A stretch of DNA of 64,000 nucleotides from NCBI GenBank assembly GCA_049363815.1, contig JBMQEM010000208.1, positions 23,919-87,918 of the forward strand, given 5' to 3'. The DNA comes from Bacteroidota bacterium. Its GTDB lineage: Bacteria; Bacteroidota; Bacteroidia; AKYH767-A; 2013-40CM-41-45. Position numbers and translations under genes: made by a program. Below are positions 39,184 through 49,194 of this stretch, piece by piece (within the stretch, counting starts at the first letter, position 1; each line of letters opens with the position of its first letter). The notes under the pieces are model-generated. The model saw nothing but the letters and a program-made list of their open reading frames with translations. It did no database searches and was not told the DNA's origin.

Positions 39184-40062
39184 CTACCCTAACTTTACGG
39201 AGGTCATCGTCAGGGACCCGCCCACAGCATTGTCATTGAAGAAAGAAACCTCTTCGTCTTTTTCCTGAAGGGCCAGTGTATAGATCAAAGGATAGTAATG
39301 ATCCGGTGTTGGTATTGCAAGCTGGGCTGCTTTACCGATATTTTGCCAGTTGATCAGAGAAGCATGATCGCGTTCAAGTATTTTCTTTTTGAAATAAGAA
39401 TTCATTTCAAGTGCCCAGTCAAATCCATAATCAGAATTGTTGAGTCGGCTGAAATCCACCATGCCCAGATTATGCACCATATTTCCACTACCAATGATCA
39501 ATACTCCTTTCTTTCGGAGGCTGCTCAACTGTTTTGCAAGATCATAATGATACTGGGCCGGCTGATGATAGTCGATACTTAATTGCAGAACAGGAATTTT
39601 AGCTTCAGGATACATTTGTCTGACCACAGACCATGTCCCGTGATCCAGTCCCCAGTCATGATCCAAACCAACACTGGTAGTTGAAATGATCTTTTTAGTC
39701 TCAGCAGCAAGCGCAGGATCACCCGGAGCAGGATACTGAACATCAAATAGCGCCTGTGGAAATCCACCAAAGTCATGAATTGTTTTCGGTTTTTCCATGG
39801 CAGTTACATGTGTTCCTTTCGTGAGCCAGTGTGCAGAAATGCAAAGCACTGCCTTAGGCACCGGGATTTCCTTTGCGAGTCGTAACCAGGTTTGGGAAAA
39901 TTTATTCGTTTCTATTCCATTCATTGGTGAACCATGTCCGACAAATAATGCAGGCATTTTTTTATCCGTTCGTTCCAAAGAATCGGCAAGGGATTTTAGT
40001 GATCCAAGTGTCATAAGTGCTGATGATGCTGTTAGAAGTTTAAGGAAATCTTTCCGGTTCAT
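39184..40062 (-). CDS. Class III extradiol ring-cleavage dioxygenase (LigB family; 4,5-DOPA-dioxygenase/YgiD-like), with N-terminal export signal
   Basis: 292 aa. N-terminal MNRKDFLKLLTASSALMTLGSL is Tat-like but carries a single R. LigB-type fold region (CISAHWL...HDFGGFP...GSGNMVHNL). Confidence 0.7.
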   Translation of the reverse strand: MNRKDFLKLLTASSALMTLGSLKSLADSLERTDKKMPALFVGHGSPMNGIETNKFSQTWLRLAKEIPVPKAVLCISAHWLTKGTHVTAMEKPKTIHDFGGFPQALFDVQYPAPGDPALAAETKKIISTTSVGLDHDWGLDHGTWSVVRQMYPEAKIPVLQLSIDYHQPAQYHYDLAKQLSSLRKKGVLIIGSGNMVHNLGMVDFSRLNNSDYGFDWALEMNSYFKKKILERDHASLINWQNIGKAAQLAIPTPDHYYPLIYTLALQEKDEEVSFFNDNAVGGSLTMTSVKLG

Positions 40063-40128
40063 TTGATGGTAAGTAGTAAGTGATAAGTAGCAATTCTTGA
40101 CCTGACTTCAAGTGAGAATTCTGATACC

Positions 40129-40153
40129 AGAATTTTTTGAACTAAAAAATTCT
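40129..40153. terminator. Perfect 10-bp inverted repeat (AGAATTTTTT-GAACT-AAAAAATTCT) followed on the + strand by a 30-nt polypyrimidine run; probable terminator downstream of the alkylation-repair gene
   Basis: Palindrome read directly from sequence. Lies 32 nt beyond the stop of 40185..40865 (-). Orientation of termination is ambiguous. Confidence 0.4.
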
Positions 40154-40184
40154 TTCCCCCTCTCTTCTCTTTTTTCTTTTTTTA

Positions 40185-40865
40185 TTATTCATTTATCATT
40201 AACCGTAAAGCCTCTCTCCTGCTCAGCGGTTTCAATTCATTTTTTTCCACGAAGGCAGTTACCCAATCAGGATCGGTTTTACTATATTCCCGTAGCGACC
40301 ATCCGATAGCTTTCTGAAGAAAAAATTCTTTCGATGAAGTATTCTCAAGAATTCTTTTACTCAGAAAATCAAGATCCGTCTTATCTTTAAATTTCAGTTG
40401 AAAAATTATACATACTCTGCGTTTCCAGAAATCATCGGATTCCCACCAGACTTTAAGATCTGATCTATATGCTTTCTTATGGAATAGGTAGTATGGAGCA
40501 ATTACTTTAGAGCTGATCGTGTCGATGGAATCCCACCATTGATTATTTTCAACCAGAAAATTTAAAAATCCGAAATTCAATTGAGGGATGAGTTTCTTTT
40601 TTGCGGCAAGAATATCCAAGGCGAGATAATGATATTCCCTGAAGTTCAGTTTCCATAATTTCCTCACGACAGTTTCCAGAGTAATTGCGTCCTGAATTGG
40701 AAATTGAGGCAAGAGTTTTTTCTGGACTTCATTTCTTTCCGGGCGGCTCAAACCGAGAAACTCAAACTGATCTTTCATGTATGCTTTCATTTCAGGTGCA
40801 CGTTCAGTAGTAGAGTGCGCTTCGAATGATTGCTGAGCTTTTTCTATGAATTCCGGGATTGACAT
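40185..40865 (-). CDS. DNA alkylation repair enzyme (AlkD/AlkC-like HEAT-repeat glycosylase family)
   Basis: 226 aa. MKAYMKDQFEFLGLSRPERNEV...WWDSIDTISSK... typical of the DNA_alkylation family. Confidence 0.7.
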   Translation of the reverse strand: MSIPEFIEKAQQSFEAHSTTERAPEMKAYMKDQFEFLGLSRPERNEVQKKLLPQFPIQDAITLETVVRKLWKLNFREYHYLALDILAAKKKLIPQLNFGFLNFLVENNQWWDSIDTISSKVIAPYYLFHKKAYRSDLKVWWESDDFWKRRVCIIFQLKFKDKTDLDFLSKRILENTSSKEFFLQKAIGWSLREYSKTDPDWVTAFVEKNELKPLSRREALRLMINE

Positions 40866-40924
40866 GAAAATAATTTGCTGCTGTGAAATTAAATAAAAAA
40901 CAGCAGATTAACCGAATGGATGGT

Positions 40925-41602
40925 TCAGAGTCCGAATTTACCTTTCAGGATAACATCATCAAAGATACCATGTTGCATTGCATATTTTAGAACACCAATG
41001 GCACTCTTGCTATTTGTTTTCTTCATGACCTCTATTCTGCAATCATCGATTGTACGAACTGAGAGATTCATCAAAGTAGCAATCTCTTTTGATGTTTTTT
41101 CATGGCTCACTAAAAAGATCACTTCTCTCATGCGGTCCTCAGAATACCTGAACGTCTCGCTATTCCTTGATTTCTCTTCAACAATTTTTTCGACAATAAA
41201 ATCTGCCACTTCTTTCGAAAAATATGTTTTGCCTTTTATTACATTTTTTATGGCTTGAATTATTTCGGACTTATCACTGTTCTTGAGCAGATAACCAGAA
41301 GCTCCTTTGGAGATCATTTCATTAATATATCTTTCTTCGCCAAACATGGATAATGCAATAATTTTCACTTCCGGAAATCTGCTTCGGATGATCTCTGTTG
41401 CCTGAACTCCATTCATTGGCTCCATTTTGATATCCATCAGAATAACATTATATGCTTCTGATTCAAGTAAACGAATAACTTCTAATCCATCTGAAGCCTG
41501 GGTGATCTTGGAAATAAAATCGTGTCGTTTCAAGACAACATTCAAACCATCTCTGAAAATAGGATGATCATCTGCTATGATCAGCTTTATTGTTTCATTC
41601 AT
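40925..41602 (-). CDS. NarL/FixJ (LuxR)-family response regulator
   Basis: 225 aa. Receiver LIIADDHPIFRDGL...ILMDIKMEPMNG. C-terminal LuxR HTH (TSKEIATLMNLSVRTIDDCRIEVMKK). Overlaps the HK gene by 4 nt. Confidence 0.9.
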   Translation of the reverse strand: MNETIKLIIADDHPIFRDGLNVVLKRHDFISKITQASDGLEVIRLLESEAYNVILMDIKMEPMNGVQATEIIRSRFPEVKIIALSMFGEERYINEMISKGASGYLLKNSDKSEIIQAIKNVIKGKTYFSKEVADFIVEKIVEEKSRNSETFRYSEDRMREVIFLVSHEKTSKEIATLMNLSVRTIDDCRIEVMKKTNSKSAIGVLKYAMQHGIFDDVILKGKFGL

Positions 41603-42360
41603 AAATTACTGTTTACTACAGGAAAAACAAATTCATAGTTAGCACCGACAGTAAAATCATCTGAGAATTTCTTTATGACACCGTTTAGCAAATTCACCCG
41701 ATTCCTAATATTAATTTGCCCCATACTTTTTGACGAATCCCCATTAGAATCAGTCTTCCCATCATCAGTGTAGGAAAGTAAAATCGATTGATCATTATAA
41801 ATCAAAGCGATCCGGATATTTTCGCAGTTAGAGTGCTTTACAGAATTATTCAGCATTTCTCTGAGAATTCTGTAAAAATTTATTTCCTGACTTGCATGCA
41901 ATTTATACCCTTTCAGTTTAAAATCAAAATTTATATTCACTCTTTTGAGAGACGAAACAATACTGATATTGTCTCTGAGTGATTGTTCGAGCCCAAACTT
42001 TAATATTAATTGCGATGAAAGATTTCTGGCAACTGCTCTCACACTATTGATAGCCTGATTCAGGTAACCATCAATAGTGCTTAACGATTCATTAAGTTCG
42101 TCCTTTTCAGCATCCACAAGTGCTGACACCTGCAATTTAATTGCAGATAACATTGGACCGATATCATCGTGCAGATCTTCTGCAATCCGGTTCTGTTCAT
42201 TTTCCTGAGTATTGATAATTGCATCTTTGATATCGCTTTCTGCTTTTTGTCTGATCCTATAATTCTTCACCATAATAGCAAGGAAAAATATCAGCAGGCA
42301 AAGTATAACAATTACGACTAATCCTAAGAACCAGATGATTTCATTTGTACTTTCAAGCAT
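41599..42360 (-). CDS. HisKA_3-type sensor histidine kinase with a single N-terminal TM helix and no periplasmic sensor domain
   Basis: 253 aa. H-box RIAEDLHDDIGPMLSAIKLQV (HisKA_3). HATPase_c (NSVKHSNCENIRIAL...DDGKTDS). N-terminal helix WFLGLVVIVILCLLIFFLAIMV. Confidence 0.85.
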   Translation of the reverse strand: MLESTNEIIWFLGLVVIVILCLLIFFLAIMVKNYRIRQKAESDIKDAIINTQENEQNRIAEDLHDDIGPMLSAIKLQVSALVDAEKDELNESLSTIDGYLNQAINSVRAVARNLSSQLILKFGLEQSLRDNISIVSSLKRVNINFDFKLKGYKLHASQEINFYRILREMLNNSVKHSNCENIRIALIYNDQSILLSYTDDGKTDSNGDSSKSMGQINIRNRVNLLNGVIKKFSDDFTVGANYEFVFPVVNSNL

Positions 42361-42977
42361 AGGAATCCTTTTATGAACATTAGAGCGGCAATAGTGTTTG
42401 CAAGTAATAAGAAGTGACTATACAAAGGGTTTAGTTCGTGAATATGTAGTGTATAAGACTGCATCAACTGAGTGAAAGAAGTGAGCGTGACATTTACAAG
42501 TATTCCACCGATTATCCAGAACTTTATATCCTGCAGTAAATCCCTTTTACTTTCTACAGCAAATTTGTATGCAGTTAAAAATGACAAAGGAATTAAAATA
42601 GCGTTCCTGAGATATTTATCTATTGTAACCGAATAATCAATATTTTTCCCCGTGAAATAATATATCCACGAAATTATATTTATTACAAGGAACAACATAA
42701 TAATTAACCGAATTGTTTTTTCGGAATTCCACAAATAAAATATCAGACATAATGTAGTATATTCTATCAGCTGATACAACATACTAATAGCTAAATTATG
42801 CATCTTATAAATACTTGTTATAGTCATCAAAAGCTGGGTTGCATAGGAGAAAAGGAGGAAATACCAGTAAATTTTAATTTCAGGTTCTAATTTTTCATAA
42901 ACAATTTTTCCCAAATAATAGATTGGTACAACAGGCACCATTGCTATTAAATCAAGAAATATCTTGTAAACTGTCAT
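42324..42977 (-). CDS. Polytopic membrane protein (about 6 TM), candidate detached sensor module of the downstream histidine kinase
   Basis: 217 aa, hydrophobic throughout. Its stop overlaps the HK start by 37 nt. No known family recognised. Confidence 0.5.
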   Translation of the reverse strand: MTVYKIFLDLIAMVPVVPIYYLGKIVYEKLEPEIKIYWYFLLFSYATQLLMTITSIYKMHNLAISMLYQLIEYTTLCLIFYLWNSEKTIRLIIMLFLVINIISWIYYFTGKNIDYSVTIDKYLRNAILIPLSFLTAYKFAVESKRDLLQDIKFWIIGGILVNVTLTSFTQLMQSYTLHIHELNPLYSHFLLLANTIAALMFIKGFLCLKVQMKSSGS

Positions 42978-43042
42978 AAAATAAAAACCTTGGATGCTGC
43001 GCCACCCAAGGTATTAAAATTATAAAATGTAAACAAAGCGGT

Positions 43043-43363
43043 TCAAGAATTTAAAATGTTGGGGGTACTACAACCTATTGGACAAGGGTTTCCATTATCC
43101 ATGCAATTATACTCGGGTCCTATTTGATCATTTTCATCTTCAGTCACTCCAACGATTACAAGACAGGGCAACTTATCTGCATTCAGAGCAAAATATGCTC
43201 TTATACCAACGCAACCGGGTTGGTCCAGTAATTTATTTATGGATTCTTTACTGTAAAAATTTGCGATTATCGAACCCGGCGGAACTGTTTTTCGATATTC
43301 ACTAGTCATTACTCCACCTTCTTCAAAGGTTATTTTATTGTCTTCTGTACCTGTAAATGCCAT
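43043..43363 (-). CDS. Small Cys-rich hypothetical protein (106 aa) heading the membrane-protein/HK/RR cluster
   Basis: ORF with five Cys concentrated at the C-terminus (EYNCMDNGNPCPIGCSTPN). No signal peptide. 65-nt gap to the membrane-protein gene. Coding status uncertain. Confidence 0.35.
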   Translation of the reverse strand: MAFTGTEDNKITFEEGGVMTSEYRKTVPPGSIIANFYSKESINKLLDQPGCVGIRAYFALNADKLPCLVIVGVTEDENDQIGPEYNCMDNGNPCPIGCSTPNILNS

Positions 43364-43426
43364 ATTTCTTTTGAATTTGATTCAAAGTAATGCAAGGATT
43401 ACTGAACCTGCAAGTAACTTTCGGAA

Positions 43427-43522
43427 GTGTAACACGTCGTGTAACACAGACATTTGGAATTTGAACTAAAAAGCTAATTTCATGGATAAAAATACCGTAG
43501 AACTACTGATAAAATACCGTAG
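43427..43522. promoter_or_regulatory. Two sets of direct repeats upstream of the small Cys-rich ORF: GTGTAACAC x2 (43427..43435, 43439..43447) and AAAATACCGTAG x2 (43489..43500, 43511..43522)
   Basis: Exact direct repeats read from sequence. Located 64-160 nt upstream of the 43363 start on the minus strand. Candidate regulator binding sites. Confidence 0.3.
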
Positions 43523-43613
43523 TCTTCCCGCTCCCAAAATGGTCATTTTTTTGAAAAATCGTAATATTGAATTTACATTTCAGCAAAACGAAATAACTGT
43601 ATATGTGCAAAAA

Positions 43614-43641
43614 TAACGTATCAATTGTTATTGATACGTTA
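43614..43641 (-). terminator. mutS terminator: perfect 12-bp inverted repeat TAACGTATCAAT-TGTT-ATTGATACGTTA followed by T-run on the minus strand
   Basis: Palindrome read directly from sequence. Lies 49 nt after the mutS stop. Minus-strand sequence continues TTTTTGC. Confidence 0.7.
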
Positions 43642-43689
43642 GTATAGTAAAGAGTCTTCGAGTTAAAAATTCCGAATTAATAAAAACCT

Positions 43690-46323
43690 TCACTTACCTC
43701 CCACCAACTTCCTGATCTCGTTCAACTTTGTAAGTGCCTGCATTGGAGTGAGGTTATCAATGTCAATGTTGACGATCTCTTCCCGGATCTGTTCAAGAAC
43801 AGGATCATCAAGCTTAAAAAAACTGAGTTGCAGATCAGAAGGAGTAGAAAGTTTTTTTGATGCACCCGGTTCTGAACGTGATGCTTCAAGGTGCTTCAGC
43901 ATTTCTTGTGCACGATGAACCACCTTAGAGGGAATACCGGCCATCTTTGCAACATGTATTCCAAAGGAATGTTCGCTACCTCCCTGAACAAGTTTGCGCA
44001 GGAAGACAACAGTATGAGCGAGTTCCTTTACCGTGACATGAAAGTTCCGGATACGAGGCATGGTTCCGGCCATTTCATTCAGTTCATGATAATGCGTTGC
44101 AAAAAGAGTTTTTGGTTTTGCCTGAGAATTTTCATGCAGGTATTCAGCAATTGCCCAAGCAATACTGATACCATCGTAAGTTGAAGTACCTCTTCCGATC
44201 TCATCCAGCAGGATCAGACTTCTGTCGGAGATATTGTGAAGAATACTTGCTGTTTCATTCATCTCAACCATAAAGGTTGATTCACCGCTGGAAATATTAT
44301 CACTTGCACCTACACGTGTAAAGATCTTATCGACAATTCCGATCTCCGCAGAAGAAGCCGGAACAAAACTTCCGGTCTGTGCAAGCAGTGTAATAAGGGC
44401 AGTCTGACGAAGAATTGCGGACTTTCCTGACATGTTAGGACCTGTGATCATCAGGATCTGCTGAGTTTCAGGATCCAGGTATATATCGTTGGCAATAAAT
44501 TTTTCTCCCGGAGGCAATTGCTTTTCAATTACGGGATGCCGTCCATTTCTTATATCAATAATTTTTCCTTCACTGATCTGTGGTCTCACATAATTATTCT
44601 TCTGAGCAGTATCAGCAAATGATTGCAGGCAATCAATTTTTGCGATCAGTGATGCATTCAACTGGATCGGTTGAATATACTCGAGTATGGACTGAACCAG
44701 ATCATTGAAGAGTTTGGTTTCAAGGGCTAGGATCCGTTCCTCCGCACCGAGAATTTTCTCTTCGTAAATTTTAAGTTCTTCTGTTATATATCGTTCAGCA
44801 TTCGTAAGCGTTTGCTTGCGTGTCCATTCAGCAGGAACCTTATCCTTATGTGTATGTGTGACCTCAAGAAAATATCCGAACACATTATTGAAACCGACTT
44901 TCAGTGAAGAGATTCCTGTCTTTTCAGATTCGCGCTGTTGTACTTTCAACAAATAATCTTTTCCATTCAGGGAAATATTTCTCAGCTCATCAAGTTCATC
45001 CGAAACACCTTCATTGATGACACCACCTTTGTTCACCATCACGGGCGCATCAGGATGTAATTCTTTAGAGATCCTCTCCTTTATCAATTGACAGCTATTC
45101 AGTTGATCAGCGATCACACGGATGGCAGGGTTATCTGAATTCAGGCACATTTCACGAATGGAATTCACCATTTCGATTGAACGGCGTAACTGCTGAACTT
45201 CACGTGGTGAGATCTTACCCAGTGCTACTTTGGAGATCAGTCGCTCAAGGTCGCCGACTTGTTTGAGATGTCCGGAAATGATAGAAGAAAATTCCGGACG
45301 ATCCAGAAAATAGCTGACAGCATGCTGTCGTTCCTCGATCACTGGTTTATCTTTCAAGGGAAGTAACAGCCATCTTTTCAGCAAGCGGCTTCCCATCGGA
45401 GTAAGTGTCTGATCAATGACATCGATCAGAGCAACTGCATTTTCGTTGCTGCTGTCGATGAGTTCGAGATTCCTGATCGTAAATTTATCGAGCCACACAT
45501 AGAGATCTTCTTCAATTCTTGAGATGCCGCTGATGTGCTTAAGTTGTTCCTGACGCGTATCGGAAACATAATACAATGCTGCACCTGCAGCAATGATCGC
45601 TGCCGGCATTTCATGAATCCCAAAACCTTTCAGTGAAACTGTTCCGAAATGTTTCAACAGCAATTCATTTGCATAATCTTCCTGAAAGATCCATTCGTCG
45701 AGACTGAAATTATAGAACCGCGATCCATATCTTTCATTGAAATCCTTTTTAAATGATTTGGAATAAATGATCTCATTCGGATTAAAATTCTGAAGGAGTT
45801 TTTCAATATAAGCCAGGTTTCCCTCCGCGACAAGAAATTCACCGGTGCTGATATCAACGAATGCAATTCCTGTTGATTTACCGTCGAAATGTAAAGCGGC
45901 AAGAAAATTATTTTTTTTATGATCAAGGATCTTATCGTTGTAAGAAACTCCGGGACTTACCAGTTCTGTCACTCCGCGTTTAACGATCTTCTTGGTAAGT
46001 TTTGGATCTTCCAGCTGATCACAGATCGCTACCCTTAAACCGGCGCGCACTAAGCGTGGCAGATAAGTGTCTAATGAATGATGTGGAAATCCTGCAAGTT
46101 CAACGTACGTAGCACTGCCATTGGCTCTCTTTGTGAGGACAATTCCAAGGATTCCGGAAGCTTTCACTGCATCCTCACCAAAGGTTTCATAGAAATCACC
46201 AACGCGGAATAAGAGCAGCGCTTCAGGATATTTCGCCTTGATGCTGAAATATTGTTTCATAAGCGGAGTTTCAACAACTCCTGATTTTGTTTCTTCCTTC
46301 AACAAGTTTTTGCTTATTTGCAC
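43690..46323 (-). CDS. mutS: DNA mismatch repair protein MutS
   Basis: 877 aa. Walker A GPNMSGKS. Conserved ...THYHEL... and mismatch-binding N-terminal domain (FYETFGEDA). Confidence 0.95.
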   Translation of the reverse strand: MQISKNLLKEETKSGVVETPLMKQYFSIKAKYPEALLLFRVGDFYETFGEDAVKASGILGIVLTKRANGSATYVELAGFPHHSLDTYLPRLVRAGLRVAICDQLEDPKLTKKIVKRGVTELVSPGVSYNDKILDHKKNNFLAALHFDGKSTGIAFVDISTGEFLVAEGNLAYIEKLLQNFNPNEIIYSKSFKKDFNERYGSRFYNFSLDEWIFQEDYANELLLKHFGTVSLKGFGIHEMPAAIIAAGAALYYVSDTRQEQLKHISGISRIEEDLYVWLDKFTIRNLELIDSSNENAVALIDVIDQTLTPMGSRLLKRWLLLPLKDKPVIEERQHAVSYFLDRPEFSSIISGHLKQVGDLERLISKVALGKISPREVQQLRRSIEMVNSIREMCLNSDNPAIRVIADQLNSCQLIKERISKELHPDAPVMVNKGGVINEGVSDELDELRNISLNGKDYLLKVQQRESEKTGISSLKVGFNNVFGYFLEVTHTHKDKVPAEWTRKQTLTNAERYITEELKIYEEKILGAEERILALETKLFNDLVQSILEYIQPIQLNASLIAKIDCLQSFADTAQKNNYVRPQISEGKIIDIRNGRHPVIEKQLPPGEKFIANDIYLDPETQQILMITGPNMSGKSAILRQTALITLLAQTGSFVPASSAEIGIVDKIFTRVGASDNISSGESTFMVEMNETASILHNISDRSLILLDEIGRGTSTYDGISIAWAIAEYLHENSQAKPKTLFATHYHELNEMAGTMPRIRNFHVTVKELAHTVVFLRKLVQGGSEHSFGIHVAKMAGIPSKVVHRAQEMLKHLEASRSEPGASKKLSTPSDLQLSFFKLDDPVLEQIREEIVNIDIDNLTPMQALTKLNEIRKLVGGK

Positions 46324-46337
46324 TAATTATTCTTTCC

Positions 46338-46862
46338 ATGCGCAAGATACAAAATGATGAGTTGGGTAGACTCACTGTTGATGATTTTAAGTCAGCAGAA
46401 AAACGTCCGATCGTCCTTATTCTGGATGACGTCAGGAGTCTGAACAACATCGGATCAGCCTTCCGGACTGCCGATGCATTTCGTTGCCAATCAATCTATT
46501 TGTGTGGAATCACTGCTACTCCTCCGCACCGGGAGATCCATAAAACGGCACTCGGTGCCGAAGATTCGGTTACCTGGAAGTATGAAAAAGACGTGACCAC
46601 CGCTATAGAAATTCTGAAAAAAGAGGGCTACACAATAATCGCCATTGAGCAGGCCGAAGGTGGAATTATGCTTAACGAATTCAGGAAAGATTCAAATAAA
46701 AAATATGCATTTGTTTTCGGACACGAGATCAATGGCGTAAGCGAAGCAGCCCTGTCTCTCTGTGATCATGCGATTGAAATACCACAAAGTGGCACGAAGC
46801 ACTCAATAAATATTTCTGTTTGTGTGGGGATCGTAGTCTGGGAATTTTCCCGCGAATTATAA
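46338..46862 (+). CDS. TrmH/SpoU-family RNA 2'-O-methyltransferase
   Basis: SpoU_methylase motifs (LDDVRSLNNIGSAFRTADAF; ...FGHEINGVS...HSINISVCVGIVVWEF). The ORF opens at 46287 but the likely start is Met 46338. Confidence 0.8.
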   Translation: MRKIQNDELGRLTVDDFKSAEKRPIVLILDDVRSLNNIGSAFRTADAFRCQSIYLCGITATPPHREIHKTALGAEDSVTWKYEKDVTTAIEILKKEGYTIIAIEQAEGGIMLNEFRKDSNKKYAFVFGHEINGVSEAALSLCDHAIEIPQSGTKHSINISVCVGIVVWEFSREL

Positions 46863-46864
46863 TT

Positions 46865-46901
46865 CGTAATTCGGGATCCGAATTACGAATCCCGAATTAC
46901 G
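46865..46901. terminator. Bidirectional palindromic terminator between trmH-like (+) and ompA-family (-) genes: CGTAATTCGG-GAT-CCGAATTACG with an extra downstream CCCGAATTACG copy
   Basis: 10-bp perfect stem with 3-nt loop beginning 3 nt after the TAA stop. A second complementary arm allows an alternative 11-bp stem. Confidence 0.6.
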
Positions 46902-46909
46902 AGTTAAAA

Positions 46910-48412
46910 TCATTTATCATCTATCGACAAATCCACCCTGCGATTCATAGGATGAGCTCCTGTGATAGGATCGTCTTTACCTAATGTTGCAGTGCTTAGA
47001 CGATCAGGATCGATATTGTATCGTTTTACAAGATGTTTCTTCACAGCTTCTGCGCGGCGTTTTCCAAGTTTAACATTGTACTCAACACTTGCACGCATAT
47101 CACAATTTCCTGTAAGAATAAATTTAAGGTCAGGATTCTTTTTCATCACCAATGCAATTGAAGCAAGTGTTTCATCATATTTCTTGGTGATCACATCGCT
47201 GTCAAGAGCAAAGAAAATTGAAGGAAGATATCCACTTGAAGCCATGATAGAAGATTCTCCACCTTTACGTACTCCTGGACCATTCTGTATAGTAACTCCT
47301 GCATTGTTCACCAGACTACCTTTTGAAGTAGCAGGCTCCATATCTCTTACGTCAGGAATTCCATCTCCATCAGTATCGATCTCTCTTCCATTTGCATCTA
47401 CTTTTGCAAGCTTAGCAGAGAACGGTTCTGCATCATTGATATCAGGAACACCATCGTTATCTGAATCCACTGAAGTACCATCGCCATAGACTTTTGCTCC
47501 TTCAGGAGTATCCGGTTCACGATCGAACATATCAGCAACACCATCTTTATCGGTATCCTTCGACATCAGATCAACTTTGTCTTTCATGTCATACAGATCA
47601 GCATAAACACTGTGCATTGGATTGAACCATTCTGCAACGTGTTCCTTTTTACCGATGTGATATGTTAGTCCAAGACTTAAATAAGAATAATCATCGTCTT
47701 CAGATAATAATTTATACCAGCCATCAAGTCTGTCGCTGTTCGTTGTACGAAGGCTGTATTCAGCATTAAGAGAAAAATGTTTTGCGATCCTGTATTTAAC
47801 TCCAACTGTAAATGGAATGATCAGTTCAGATGTATTTGCGTAATCAACTGTGTCAAATGCCTGCTGGTATTGTGAATAGATTCCGGTAAGTTCTTCTTTG
47901 CCGCCATCAATATATACATGCGGTGTATACTTGATCACACCGGCACCAACAGCACCATAAATAGCAAGGTTCGGTGTTCTTTTCAAAAAAGCAACATTTC
48001 CTAACTGGAAGTAAGCATTGATCGTAAGATCGTAGTGAACATCGGTATTGTATCTGTATTGAGGTTTGTTACCATCTACACCGCTCATTTTTCCAGTCAT
48101 GAATCTCGCCTGGAAGGCAAAAGAATGAGTCAGGAATTTCGTTACGTCCAGCCCGAAAGCCATTTCGCGTTTAACGTTCGAAGCTGTAATTGTCGAAGCA
48201 GCAATATCCGTATTAGGATAAGTTAGTCCGATGTGTGCACCGATATCCCAGTTATTAAAATGACTTATATAAGGCATTTTATCGCTTTTGATACTTACGC
48301 GGGCGCTATCCTGAGTAACTACAGTTTGAGCCGTAACCTTCTCAACGCTGCTGATCATCAACAGTGAAAGGATGAATGTAAAGATTTTCATTTTGCAGTA
48401 GATTGTGTTCAT
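46910..48412 (-). CDS. OmpA-family outer-membrane protein with thrombospondin type-3 (Ca-binding DxDxDG) repeats and C-terminal OmpA peptidoglycan-binding domain
   Basis: Signal peptide (likely start MKIFTFILSLLMISS at 48391). N-terminal beta-barrel region. TSP3 repeats DTDKDGVADMFD / DSDNDGVPDINDAEP / DTDGDGIPDVRDMEP. C-terminal OmpA motif (NVKLGKRRAEAVKKHLV). Confidence 0.8.
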   Translation of the reverse strand: MNTIYCKMKIFTFILSLLMISSVEKVTAQTVVTQDSARVSIKSDKMPYISHFNNWDIGAHIGLTYPNTDIAASTITASNVKREMAFGLDVTKFLTHSFAFQARFMTGKMSGVDGNKPQYRYNTDVHYDLTINAYFQLGNVAFLKRTPNLAIYGAVGAGVIKYTPHVYIDGGKEELTGIYSQYQQAFDTVDYANTSELIIPFTVGVKYRIAKHFSLNAEYSLRTTNSDRLDGWYKLLSEDDDYSYLSLGLTYHIGKKEHVAEWFNPMHSVYADLYDMKDKVDLMSKDTDKDGVADMFDREPDTPEGAKVYGDGTSVDSDNDGVPDINDAEPFSAKLAKVDANGREIDTDGDGIPDVRDMEPATSKGSLVNNAGVTIQNGPGVRKGGESSIMASSGYLPSIFFALDSDVITKKYDETLASIALVMKKNPDLKFILTGNCDMRASVEYNVKLGKRRAEAVKKHLVKRYNIDPDRLSTATLGKDDPITGAHPMNRRVDLSIDDK

Positions 48413-48498
48413 GTACGGAAGCCTCTGTTTACAAGGGCTGCACGTTATGCAAATTTAAGAAAGCCCAGGCTAAAAGCAAGTCAATTTGGTGAATGAAT

Positions 48499-49155
48499 TC
48501 AGGAAACCTGCTCAAACAGGACCCTGTGAATCCCCGGTGAATAGTCCTTTTCCAGTAGATCCAGGATCTTCCGGTAATCTGAATCATTCTTAACAAAGTC
48601 CACATTATTCGTATCAATCACTAAAATCGGAAAACCATCCTGCTGCTTGAAAAACTCCCAATATCCTTTTTCAAGATTTTCAAGGTAGTCGTTGCTGATA
48701 TTCTGCTCGTAATCACGACCTCTGCTTTTGATATTGCTCCGCAATTTTTCTATGTCTTTATGCAGATAAACCAACAGATCCGGTTTGGGCAAATGTGGAT
48801 TTATAATATGAAAAAGCCGCTGATATAGCTGATTTTCGTCGTTTTTGAGTGTAATATTGGCAAAGATGAGCGATTTGCTCAACAGATAATCTGAAATAGT
48901 CTGCTGTCTGAAAAGTTCAGGTGATGCCAATTCATCATTGAGCTGCTGATACCTGTCGGCTAAAAATGACAACTCCAATGGAAATGCATATCGCTGCGGT
49001 TGTTCATAGAATAATGGCAGAAAAGGATTATCCGCAAAACGTTCCAGGATCAGCCGGGTATTGAAATCAGATGATAATCGTCCGGCAAGTGAAGTTTTTC
49101 CGGTTCCGATATTGCCTTCGACTACGATATAATCATATTTCAACTTTTTGGCCAT
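48499..49155 (-). CDS. Deoxynucleoside kinase
   Basis: 218 aa. P-loop EGNIGTGKTSL. dNK-family ERF/DR motifs. Confidence 0.85.
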   Translation of the reverse strand: MAKKLKYDYIVVEGNIGTGKTSLAGRLSSDFNTRLILERFADNPFLPLFYEQPQRYAFPLELSFLADRYQQLNDELASPELFRQQTISDYLLSKSLIFANITLKNDENQLYQRLFHIINPHLPKPDLLVYLHKDIEKLRSNIKSRGRDYEQNISNDYLENLEKGYWEFFKQQDGFPILVIDTNNVDFVKNDSDYRKILDLLEKDYSPGIHRVLFEQVS

Positions 49156-49194
49156 GGTAGCATTTTGCTCCGCGAAAATCGCTTTTAAATCCGA

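Noticed and set aside
46874-46879. GGATCC / GAATTC restriction-site palindromes in intergenic hairpins
   Set aside because: Short 6-bp palindromes arise by chance within larger inverted repeats. There is no evidence of an R-M system in the window.
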